Assembly: GCA_046116545.1 (NCBI GenBank)
Contig: CP175956.1
Span: 1,236,912-1,286,331, forward strand
Length of the DNA: 49,420 bases
Direction: 5' to 3'
Origin: Candidatus Moraniibacteriota bacterium
Lineage (GTDB): Bacteria; Patescibacteriota; Minisyncoccia; Moranbacterales; GCA-2747515
Of this stretch, positions 37,655 through 46,734 are shown one piece after another; within the stretch, counting starts at the first letter, position 1; each line of letters starts with the position of its first letter. Position numbers and translations under genes: made by a program. Under the pieces are notes generated by a model. That model worked only from the letters and a program-made list of their open reading frames with translations. It was not told the DNA's origin and made no database searches.

Positions 37655-39397
37655 TTATTTTGTAGATTCTAAATATACTTTAGGATCACACTCACTAGCA
37701 TCAATATATTTATCAAATGCTAATTTAATTGCGTCTTCAGTATTATCTACAATATTTTCTATTCCAATTTTTTCTGATATTCCAGAACGAACTAAGACTT
37801 CTTTAACTTCATGATTTACACCAGATAAAATAATTTTTCCACTCATTTCTTCACGCTCTCTAAGTAAAGTTTCGAAAGCATGGATTCCAGTCGCATCTAT
37901 TAAATTAACTTGTTTCATTCGAATAATAATAACTTCCTTTTCAAAGTGTTTGTATTCTTGAAGCTTTTCTTCTAACTTTTCAACAGCACCAAAAAATAGT
38001 GATCCTTCAATTTGAAATATTGCTAATTTTTCACAAGCACACTCACCAATCTTAATAGTAGCTAATTTTCCTCCAGGACTACTTGGCTGTACCATCTTAA
38101 CTTCTGGCATTGCAACTTTTCTTATAAATAAAATTAGAGATAATACAACACCCACATAAATTGCCATTTCCAAATGCAAAATAAGCGTAGAAGCTATTGT
38201 AGCTACTAATACAATTCTATCTGCACTAGTTGATTTAAATGCCAATGCAACTGCTTTTTTATCAATCATTGAATAAGCAATGACCATCAAAATTCCTGCT
38301 AAAGATGGAATTGGTATGTATCTTGTAAGTGGCGCAGCAACTAACACTACAACTATAATAATGATAGCTGAAAATACACCTGAAAATCTAGTTAATGCAC
38401 CTGACTTAAAGTTTACAGCACTACGTGTAAATGACCCGCTTCCAGGTATTGATGAGAAAAATGATGCGGATATATTAGATAATCCCTGTCCTATTAACTC
38501 TTGATTTCCATCAATTTTTTCTCCACTAGTGCTAGCTATTGATTTTGCTATAGCCAAAGCTTCTACTATACCAAGTATTGCTATTGCTATTGCTGGTGAG
38601 ATCATCGCACTCACACTAACCCAATCTAATGAGAAAGATGATAATGGTGGAAGTGTTTGTGGAATTTCAGCTACTAATTCAACCCCATAATCTCCAAGAC
38701 TAAATATTGCTACAAACATCGCAGACAATACCATTGCTAATAAAGCGCCTGGTAATTTTGGAGCAAACTTTTTTGCTAAAAGTATAAAACTAACAGTAAA
38801 AATCCCAAGTGCTGTCGAATACCAATTCAAGTGTCCAAATTCCAATCCTGTATGATACATCTTTTCATAAAAATGCGAATGTGTACCAATATCAACCCCA
38901 ATAAAGTTTTTTATTTGATTGAAAGCAATTAAAATTCCGGCACCTGCTGTGAATCCTACGATTACTGAGTGAGAAACAAAATTAATAAGAGAGCCCATTT
39001 TCAGAAGACCCATTAGAAGTTGTATAAATCCCACCAAAAAAGCTAAAAGAAATACCAATGCTATTGCTTGTTCCTCAGGAAGATCTCTAGCTATTGTTCC
39101 TGCTATGACTACTGTCCCCATAGTTGATGCAACAACCATTGAGATTGCATTTGTTGGACCTGCTATTAAAAATTTGGAACTTCCAAATAGTGCAGCTATC
39201 GCCGTTGGTATCATCGCTGCATAAAGACCATATTGCGCTGGCACGCCTGCAATAAATGCATATGCCATTGACTGTGGTAATGCCACAATTGCAACAGTCA
39301 TTGCTGACAGTATATCTAACTTAAACTTTTTTCCACTATACTCTTTTGCAGATTTTATAAATGGGAAAAACTGCATGATTCCGTTTGATGTTTTCAT
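37655..39397 (-). CDS. SulP/SLC26 anion permease with STAS domain
   Basis: ALPQSMAYA..G+YAA..GSS...GPT, GSGSFTRSAVN, STAS GSLFFG..IDATG. Confidence 0.93.
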   Translation of the reverse strand: MKTSNGIMQFFPFIKSAKEYSGKKFKLDILSAMTVAIVALPQSMAYAFIAGVPAQYGLYAAMIPTAIAALFGSSKFLIAGPTNAISMVVASTMGTVVIAGTIARDLPEEQAIALVFLLAFLVGFIQLLMGLLKMGSLINFVSHSVIVGFTAGAGILIAFNQIKNFIGVDIGTHSHFYEKMYHTGLEFGHLNWYSTALGIFTVSFILLAKKFAPKLPGALLAMVLSAMFVAIFSLGDYGVELVAEIPQTLPPLSSFSLDWVSVSAMISPAIAIAILGIVEALAIAKSIASTSGEKIDGNQELIGQGLSNISASFFSSIPGSGSFTRSAVNFKSGALTRFSGVFSAIIIIVVVLVAAPLTRYIPIPSLAGILMVIAYSMIDKKAVALAFKSTSADRIVLVATIASTLILHLEMAIYVGVVLSLILFIRKVAMPEVKMVQPSSPGGKLATIKIGECACEKLAIFQIEGSLFFGAVEKLEEKLQEYKHFEKEVIIIRMKQVNLIDATGIHAFETLLREREEMSGKIILSGVNHEVKEVLVRSGISEKIGIENIVDNTEDAIKLAFDKYIDASECDPKVYLESTK

Positions 39398-39540
39398 ATT
39401 TACACCTTACTTATTATTTAATTAGTCAATACTTGTAAATTACTTATAAGCATTAGATTAATAAACAAAATAAAACCAAGCGCCGCAAAGACGCTAGGTA
39501 TATCAATGAGTTTGATGTGACCATCAAACAAATTGTTAAT

Positions 39541-40956
39541 CTATTCTTTTTTCATCTTCTTTCTAATAAAGGCAGGGATATCAAAATCTTCTTCAAGATT
39601 CTCATTTTGTTGTGAGTTATTTGATATTCTTCCCATTGACCTTACTGGAGAAATTATCGGCTCTTCTATTATCATCTTTGATTTCATTACATTTGACTCC
39701 TGTCTATCTCCACCACCAATATTAATACTTCTTGATTTTACATCCATTCCAGTCACACTGATATCACTATTCACGACATTAGCTTGCATACTATCATTGT
39801 CATCATTAATAACTTTTCTATCAAAATTAACAGGCTGCTCTTCTGGCATAATTGTCGATTGTATTTCCTTATTTTTTTCAATATTATTATCTACATCCTT
39901 TGATTTATAAGTAGTTGCAGAGCTATTTACTGTTGTTATAAAGCCAGTATCAGTTGTGGCATTCTCTTCAATGAAAATTTCATCATTTTCATCTTCATCA
40001 TCAAATCCAGTAGCAATAACTGTAATTTGCATTTCTCCTTTATTTGCATTTTCATCTATAACTGTACCAAAAATAATTCTAGCATCCGGATCAACTGATT
40101 CTGTAATGACTCCAGAAGCTTCTTCTACTTCAAACATGGTAATGTCATTATTTCCTGTAATATTAAATAACACCCTTTTTGCACCATCAATTGTAAGATC
40201 CAACAATGGACTATTAACTGCAGCTTTGGCTGCTTCAGCAGCACGATTTTCTCCTGATGCAATTCCAATTCCCATAAGGGCATCTCCACTATTCATCATT
40301 GTTGTTTCAACATCCTTAAAATCAACATTAACGCTTTCAGAACTACTATTACAAATAATATCAGATATTCCCTGAACTCCCTGCCTCAGTACATCATCTA
40401 CAATTTTAAATGAATCCACAAGACTCGCTTTTTTATCGATAATTGCAAGTATTTTATCATTTTGTATAGAAATAATTGTATCTACTCTTTTTTTCAATGC
40501 AGCTAATCCCTCTTCAGCAATAGCTCTTCTCCTAGCGCCTTCAAAAGAAAAAGGTAGGGTTACAACAGCAACTGTTAAAATGCCAAGTTCTTTTGCTGTT
40601 TCAGCAACTACTGGAGCAGCTCCAGTACCTGTTCCACCACCAAGACCGCACGTCACAAAAACCATATCAGCGCCCTTCAGTGCGTTTTGAACTTCTTCAC
40701 GACTTTCCTCTGCAGCTTGACGTCCCACTTCAGGGTTCATTCCAGCACCAAGTCCTTTTGTCAAACTTTTTCCAATATGAACTTTTTCTTCTGCCTTTGA
40801 ATGATGTAATGCTTGAGTATCAGTATTAATCGCAACAAACTCAACGCCTTTTAAATTTGCATCAATCATTCTAGAAATTGCATTTCCTCCACCTCCTCCA
40901 ACTCCGATTACTTTGATTCGTGAGAATGTCTCAATATCAGTTTTTACCTCTGCCAT
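39541..40956 (-). CDS. ftsZ: Cell division protein FtsZ with a long C-terminal linker
   Basis: GGGTGTG signature, NVDFKD T7 loop, C-terminal DIPAFIRKK. Confidence 0.98.
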   Translation of the reverse strand: MAEVKTDIETFSRIKVIGVGGGGGNAISRMIDANLKGVEFVAINTDTQALHHSKAEEKVHIGKSLTKGLGAGMNPEVGRQAAEESREEVQNALKGADMVFVTCGLGGGTGTGAAPVVAETAKELGILTVAVVTLPFSFEGARRRAIAEEGLAALKKRVDTIISIQNDKILAIIDKKASLVDSFKIVDDVLRQGVQGISDIICNSSSESVNVDFKDVETTMMNSGDALMGIGIASGENRAAEAAKAAVNSPLLDLTIDGAKRVLFNITGNNDITMFEVEEASGVITESVDPDARIIFGTVIDENANKGEMQITVIATGFDDEDENDEIFIEENATTDTGFITTVNSSATTYKSKDVDNNIEKNKEIQSTIMPEEQPVNFDRKVINDDNDSMQANVVNSDISVTGMDVKSRSINIGGGDRQESNVMKSKMIIEEPIISPVRSMGRISNNSQQNENLEEDFDIPAFIRKKMKKE

Positions 40957-41067
40957 ATCTTTAATATAGTAAATAAATAATACTTCATCATTAATACTGT
41001 CTTACAGTTTATTACTGTAACATGCACACAAGATTGCTGTCAATTTTTTTAATAGAGCTTCAATAGC

Positions 41068-42318
41068 TTACGGCAAAAAACGACCAAATATATCTTTTAT
41101 TTTATCCGTCATTTCTCCTGCTCCAGACCCAATGCCTGCAAATGAACTACCGCCAAAACCATTCTGTGCTTGATTACTCTGTAACTCCCAAAGTATAAGT
41201 CCTATTATAGTTGCATATGAAGAATCATCTACATGATCTACTACTCCTAATAAATTATTAGGTTGTCCTATTGTTACAGGCAATCTCAATCTTTCTTTTG
41301 CAAACTCTACTACATGTGGCATATGTGCACCACCGCCCGTCAATACCGCTCCAGCTGGCAATAATTGATCCTTTCCAATTGACTCCAATTCCTTTACAAC
41401 TAGTTCAAATATTTCTTCTAATCTAGCTTGAATAATTTCTAAAATATGATAATGATATACTGGTTCAACTTCATTTTCGTCTATGTGACTCAAATCTATC
41501 AAATCTTTTTTGTCCACACCTTGCATGTTTGCGCTTCCATATTCAAATTTAATCTTTTCTGCTATTTCAATATCAGTCCTAAGTCCAATTGCTATATCAT
41601 TAGTTATAAAATCTGAACCAACAGGTAGAACTGCTGTATGAAACAACTCACCCTCTTCATACACCGCAATTGATGTTGTACTAGCACCCATATTTACCAA
41701 CACAACGCCTAGCTCCTTTTGTTTTTTTGTTAACGTTGATTCTGCTGCAGCCAATGGTTCAATAATAGAATCAATAATCGCAACATCAGCTCTTTCCATT
41801 GCTTCTGTTAAGTTTTTAACATGATTGCTAGGAGCTTCTACTATGACTGTATCAACCTCAAGTCTAATGCCCTGTAAACCCACAGGCTCTTTTATATCTC
41901 TTTGATCATCTACACTAAAAGATCGTGGAATAATATGAATGATTTCATTATTTGCTGGTATAGAAACTGCTTGAGCAGCTTCTATAACTCTAATTACATC
42001 ATCATCGTTTACTGTTCCATCAGCTCTACCAATAGCTATAACACCCTGTGTATCCTTTACAGTTATTCCTGCACCACCAATACTTACAATTGCATCTCTT
42101 ATTTTTTCTCCACTCATCTGTTCTGCCTTTTCCACTGCTTCAGAAATCGAATCCGCTGCATCATCTATATCAATTACAGCTCCTCGCCTCATACCTCGAG
42201 ACTCAGCTATGCCAACACCCATAATTCTTATCTGTTCACTTTCTTGACTAATGTCAGCAATCACACACCTAGTAACTGAAGAGCCAAGATCTATACTTGT
42301 AATAATATTTGATTTCAT
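41068..42318 (-). CDS. ftsA: Cell division protein FtsA
   Basis: SIDLGSS, EPLAAA, VNMGASTT, VLTGGGA. Confidence 0.95.
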   Translation of the reverse strand: MKSNIITSIDLGSSVTRCVIADISQESEQIRIMGVGIAESRGMRRGAVIDIDDAADSISEAVEKAEQMSGEKIRDAIVSIGGAGITVKDTQGVIAIGRADGTVNDDDVIRVIEAAQAVSIPANNEIIHIIPRSFSVDDQRDIKEPVGLQGIRLEVDTVIVEAPSNHVKNLTEAMERADVAIIDSIIEPLAAAESTLTKKQKELGVVLVNMGASTTSIAVYEEGELFHTAVLPVGSDFITNDIAIGLRTDIEIAEKIKFEYGSANMQGVDKKDLIDLSHIDENEVEPVYHYHILEIIQARLEEIFELVVKELESIGKDQLLPAGAVLTGGGAHMPHVVEFAKERLRLPVTIGQPNNLLGVVDHVDDSSYATIIGLILWELQSNQAQNGFGGSSFAGIGSGAGEMTDKIKDIFGRFLP

Positions 42319-42328
42319 AACTATATCT

Positions 42329-42694
42329 TTATTTTACTATTTCTAGAATAAGTGGTGTAAATATTATAACACCAACAATGCTTGCTCCTACACTCAATAC
42401 TAACACAGTAGCTGCTGAGACATCTTTTATAACTTTTGCATAAGGATGTTTACGTGGTTTTAATATATCTACAACTCTTTCAATTGCCGTATTCATTAAT
42501 TCTATCATAAAAACAAGAAAAATCATTGTAATTACAATAGCTGTCTGAGTCAAATTTGCCTTTAAAATTATTAGAGCTGATATCACAAAAACTGCAATAT
42601 AAATCTCTATCCGAAAATTTCTTTCATTTTTAAATGCAAATTGTATTCCCCTTAAAGCAGCTTTAACACTGCAACCAATAGAACAATTTTTCAT
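42329..42694 (-). CDS. dgkA: Diacylglycerol/undecaprenol kinase
   Basis: ERNFR, ELMNTAIERVVD, AKVIKDVSAATV. Confidence 0.88.
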   Translation of the reverse strand: MKNCSIGCSVKAALRGIQFAFKNERNFRIEIYIAVFVISALIILKANLTQTAIVITMIFLVFMIELMNTAIERVVDILKPRKHPYAKVIKDVSAATVLVLSVGASIVGVIIFTPLILEIVK

Positions 42695-42697
42695 ATG

Positions 42698-43153
42698 TTA
42701 TTTTGCTAAATTACAAAATTCTTCAGCCACTTTTTTTTGTAACTGAAACATCTCATCGCCATGTTCAAATCCCAAAAGATGTAATATCCCATGAGAATAA
42801 ACTGTAAAAAATTCTTCATCTACACTAACACTATTTTCTTGTGCAGATTCCTTAATATAATTATAACACAAAACTACCTCACCAAGGAAGACTTCACTAA
42901 TTTCCACTTCTGAAATATCATTATCATCACTATAATCCCCTATAGATATAACATCTGTAATTTCCTCTTTATTACGTAATTCTTTATTTATTTTTTTCAT
43001 TTCTTCACCTTCAACAATAGCTACACTGATGCTTAAATCAATTTCACCCTCAACAACGCCTGCAGATTCGATAGTCTCTTTGGCGATTGATGTAAGAATA
43101 TCTAAATTGTACTTATCAAATCCAAAAGAATTTAACTCTACAATAACTTCCAT
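42698..43153 (-). CDS. ybeY: rRNA maturation endoribonuclease YbeY
   Basis: TDVIS, LGEVVL, HGILHLLGFEH. Confidence 0.92.
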   Translation of the reverse strand: MEVIVELNSFGFDKYNLDILTSIAKETIESAGVVEGEIDLSISVAIVEGEEMKKINKELRNKEEITDVISIGDYSDDNDISEVEISEVFLGEVVLCYNYIKESAQENSVSVDEEFFTVYSHGILHLLGFEHGDEMFQLQKKVAEEFCNLAK

Positions 43154-43164
43154 AAAATTTAATA

Positions 43165-43617
43165 TTATGACAATGCATTTTCTACAGCACTTCTAACTAT
43201 TGCACCATCAGCATTATCACCAACTGCTTTCATTGCTATGCCCATAACTTTACCCATATCAGCTTTTGATGTTGCTCCAGCATCTTCTACTACTTTTTTC
43301 ACAATCTTTTCAATATCTTCTTTACTCATTTGTTCAGGTAAATATTTTTCAATAAATGAAATTTCTAGCTCTTCTTTTTCAGCTAATTCCTCTCGTTCGC
43401 CCTTTTTAAATTGATCTGCGCTATCTTTTCTTTGCTTTATAGCTCTTTTCACTAAAACAATAACTGAATTATCATCAAGTCCATCTTCTCTTTTGCCTTG
43501 CTCTATCTCCTCATTTTTTATCATGCTGTCTAATGCTCGCAAAGTATCTCGTTTTTCCACCTCTCTTGCTTTCATGGCACTTTTTAAATCTTCTGTTATT
43601 TGTTGTTTTAATGTCAT
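43165..43617 (-). CDS. yqeY: GatB/YqeY domain protein
   Basis: MTLKQQITEDLKSAMKA, YLPEQMS, DMGKVMG. Start moved to 43617. Confidence 0.92.
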   Translation of the reverse strand: MTLKQQITEDLKSAMKAREVEKRDTLRALDSMIKNEEIEQGKREDGLDDNSVIVLVKRAIKQRKDSADQFKKGEREELAEKEELEISFIEKYLPEQMSKEDIEKIVKKVVEDAGATSKADMGKVMGIAMKAVGDNADGAIVRSAVENALS

Positions 43618-43701
43618 ACATTTGTTTTTAAAAATATAATCTATACTCACGCACAAATATAAAAATTGCATTTGTGCGTGTAATAAATCACATAAAAGAT
43701 A

Positions 43702-43962
43702 TTAGCTTTTTTTGATTTTTTTCTTCAACTCTTTAAATGCATCATCATCAAATCGTCCAAGTTTTTTCAACTTATCAACTTCTTTTCGCATTTTGTTCTT
43801 ATAAAGAGCTTCTTGTCTACGAGCAGTTTTACTTTTTTCTCCGTTATCAAAACGGTTTCTTCGAACATGCATCAAAACACCGCTTTGTTGCATGCGGCGC
43901 GTAAAACGCTTTATCATGTTTTCAGTTGTCTCTCGATCGTCTTTTTTATATACGTAAACCAT
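43702..43962 (-). CDS. rpsU: 30S ribosomal protein S21 (long form, 86 aa)
   Basis: ETTENMIKRFTRRMQQSGVL; conserved position between hinT and yqeY; strong SD before ATG 43962. Confidence 0.85.
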   Translation of the reverse strand: MVYVYKKDDRETTENMIKRFTRRMQQSGVLMHVRRNRFDNGEKSKTARRQEALYKNKMRKEVDKLKKLGRFDDDAFKELKKKIKKS

Positions 43963-44061
43963 TAGTTCACACTCCTTTCTAAATTTAGCCACTAAATGTG
44001 GACATTTGAATAAATGTTGCATTAGAACGCTTACTCTATATCCATATTTAGATATTATTAA

Positions 44062-44421
44062 TTATTTTACTACAACAGGACTAATGTCCTCTTGCAGTTT
44101 TGCTCCACCTATTAAATGTAAATGTATATGCGGAACTTCTTGACCACCATGTTCACCTGTTCTTATAAGTAACTTATAACCACCCTCAGATATTCCTTTT
44201 TGTTTGGCAATACTAACTGCTACCTCAAACATTTCAGATATTATAGAACTATTATTTTCATCTATATCATTCATAGATTCTATGTGTCTTGTTGGAATAA
44301 TTAGAATATGAACTGGAGCAATAGGATTCACATCTGCGAATGCTATTACATTATTAGATTCATATTCTAATTTTGCTGGGATTTCTTTATCTTTAATTTT
44401 ACAAAAAATACAGTTATTCAT
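44062..44421 (-). CDS. hinT: HIT family nucleotide-binding protein
   Basis: CIFCKI, AFADVNPIAPVHILIIP, HIHLHLIGG. Confidence 0.93.
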   Translation of the reverse strand: MNNCIFCKIKDKEIPAKLEYESNNVIAFADVNPIAPVHILIIPTRHIESMNDIDENNSSIISEMFEVAVSIAKQKGISEGGYKLLIRTGEHGGQEVPHIHLHLIGGAKLQEDISPVVVK

Positions 44422-44431
44422 ATTACCATGA

Positions 44432-45832
44432 TTACTTTGTCTTTACAAGTTTTACTGTTTGCTTTAAGCCTTTTTTCACAAATGTAATTGCCTTATCTCT
44501 AGCAACTGTTTCTTGAGTTCCTGTTACCATATTTTTTACAATAACTGTTTCATCAAGAGCTTCTTGCTGTCCTATTATCAAAGTCAACTCAACTCCCAAC
44601 TTATTTGCATGACGTAATTGTTTTTGCAAAGAACCTCTACCAAAACTTTCTGCCACCAAAATTCCTGCTTGTTCAATATCTGCAAAAAGCTGTAAACTCT
44701 TTTTCTTTCCTAAATCACCAAGCTGTGCCAAAAACACTCTTGGCTGTTGCTCCTTAAATTTCTTTGCCTTAACTCTCTTCATTTCCATTATAAGCCTATC
44801 AACTCCAAAAGCAAATCCAATTGCTGGAGTAGGCTCTCCGCCAAACATTTCAATTAGACCATCAAATCTACCACCACCACCTAATGCATGTTTTTTACCA
44901 TTCTCATCATTTGAAGAAATTTCAAATACTGTACGAGTATAATAATCAAGACCTCTTACTAACTGAGGATCAATTGTATACGGTAAATTCAACTCATCTA
45001 AATATTCTAACAAGTTTTTAAAATGATCCCTTGAATCCTTATCCAAATGATCAATTGATTGTGGTGCTCCAGCACAAACCTGAATACATTTATCATCTTT
45101 TGCATCAAAAATTCTAAGTGGATTTGTGTCAATCATATCTCTGTACCTTGATGGAAGCTTGTTTTTCTTTGATCGGAAATAAGTTTTTAATAACTTCAAA
45201 TAATCTTTACGAGATTCTGTTGTCCCAATTGAGTTTACACTAAATTGAATATTTTTAATTCCAAGACTAGTTAGAACTCTATAAGCAATTTGCATAACCT
45301 GTGCATCTAGAATTGGGTCCTCTTCACCAAAAATATCAAATTCTGCTTGATGAAATTCCCTATATCTTCCCTCTTGAGGTCTGTCATACCTATATGCTGG
45401 CCCTATAGAAAATAACTTGACAGGTTTTGGCAAAATCATCATTCCATGTTGTATATATGCCCTTGCAATGGAAGCTGTCATCTCTGGTCGAAGTGCTACT
45501 TTGTCACCACCTTTTGTACGAAATGAATACATTTCATTATCTACAATATCTGTACCTATTCCAATAGGTCGAGTAAATATATTTTCAAATTCTATGATTG
45601 GTGTATCTATTCTAGAAAATCCATATTCAGTTGCTCTCTTTTCAAATACTTTACGAATTTGTTGCCAATAAGCTTGATCTCCTGGTAAAATATCACGCAT
45701 TCCACGAACTGTTTGCAATACCAACTGTTCTTCAGATTTAACTCTTTTTGTGGCTCTTTTTTTAGCATTTACTGCATTCTTCGTAGTGCTTTTTTTTGTA
45801 GCACTTTTCTTAGTTGCTTTCTTTTTTGCCAT
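44432..45832 (-). CDS. hisS: Histidyl-tRNA synthetase with a basic N-terminal extension
   Basis: RGMRD, LRPEMTAS, YRYDRPQEGRYREFHQ, RGLDYYT, GGGGRFDGL. Confidence 0.97.
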   Translation of the reverse strand: MAKKKATKKSATKKSTTKNAVNAKKRATKRVKSEEQLVLQTVRGMRDILPGDQAYWQQIRKVFEKRATEYGFSRIDTPIIEFENIFTRPIGIGTDIVDNEMYSFRTKGGDKVALRPEMTASIARAYIQHGMMILPKPVKLFSIGPAYRYDRPQEGRYREFHQAEFDIFGEEDPILDAQVMQIAYRVLTSLGIKNIQFSVNSIGTTESRKDYLKLLKTYFRSKKNKLPSRYRDMIDTNPLRIFDAKDDKCIQVCAGAPQSIDHLDKDSRDHFKNLLEYLDELNLPYTIDPQLVRGLDYYTRTVFEISSNDENGKKHALGGGGRFDGLIEMFGGEPTPAIGFAFGVDRLIMEMKRVKAKKFKEQQPRVFLAQLGDLGKKKSLQLFADIEQAGILVAESFGRGSLQKQLRHANKLGVELTLIIGQQEALDETVIVKNMVTGTQETVARDKAITFVKKGLKQTVKLVKTK

Positions 45833-45883
45833 AATATGAAATCTTTACCAAATTAACTTATTAACAACTCTAGGCTTCAATCC

Positions 45884-46486
45884 TTAATTAAAAATTGTTA
45901 CATCATTCAACGGCCAAGCTCTCAATAGAACTTTTCCAATTACATCGTTCTTGGACAACGGTCCAAATGACCGAGAGTCACTACTTGCTGGACGATTATC
46001 CCCAAGCACATAGTATTCATCATCTGCAATAATTACTTTTCTACTTCCATTTGTTTTCCTTCCTTCTGGAAGATACTCTTGTTCTAATATTTTTCCATTT
46101 GGATTCTCATCATTATAAATTGTAACCTCTCCACTCTCTACTTCAATAGTTTCTCCAGGCAATCCAACAACACGCTTGATATAATATTGCTTATCATTAT
46201 TTGGAGCCCTAAATACCACAATATCATTTCTTTCGAGTGTTTTACGAGGAGTAACTGTAATAATATCTTTTCCAAAAATATTTACTGGAGTATTCTTGTA
46301 ACCAAATTCATTTATTATTAAATATTGCTTTTCGCTGAAATTTGGCTCCATGCTTGCACCTCTTACAATAAAAGGTTGAAACAAAAACATTCTTACAGGC
46401 ACAATAATTATAAGTGCCAAAAAAAACATCTTTACTACCTCTATTATGAAATCTTTCATACTTTCTTGTTCTTGCTCTTCTATCAT
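45884..46486 (-). CDS. lepB: Signal peptidase I
   Basis: GASMEP, YIKRVVGLPGE, GDNRPASSDSR. Start moved to MIEEQ. Confidence 0.95.
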   Translation of the reverse strand: MIEEQEQESMKDFIIEVVKMFFLALIIIVPVRMFLFQPFIVRGASMEPNFSEKQYLIINEFGYKNTPVNIFGKDIITVTPRKTLERNDIVVFRAPNNDKQYYIKRVVGLPGETIEVESGEVTIYNDENPNGKILEQEYLPEGRKTNGSRKVIIADDEYYVLGDNRPASSDSRSFGPLSKNDVIGKVLLRAWPLNDVTIFN

Positions 46487-46734
46487 ATTTTTACTTGTCT
46501 CACCCCAACTCACTAGGAGCAATGATGGATTTATTTTTATATCAATAAATGTAGTTATTTACTGCATTTTCAGAAGTATTAAAACCACAAACTTGCTCTA
46601 TTGTAACATAAATTTACACTCTTCGCAACCTCAATCACCATGTCATAAATATTATTGCAATTCTAAAAAATAATCACTCCTCTAAAAGTAAATTCAAAGG
46701 AGTAATCAATTTAATATTGTTTTAAGTTTTTTAT

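Noticed and set aside
420-46673. Remaining short ORF-track entries overlapping recognised genes (e.g. 420-656, 2537-2833, 7631-8353, 11168-11659, 39956-40375)
   Set aside because: Antisense or alternate-frame shadows of conserved genes, with no SD or motif support.
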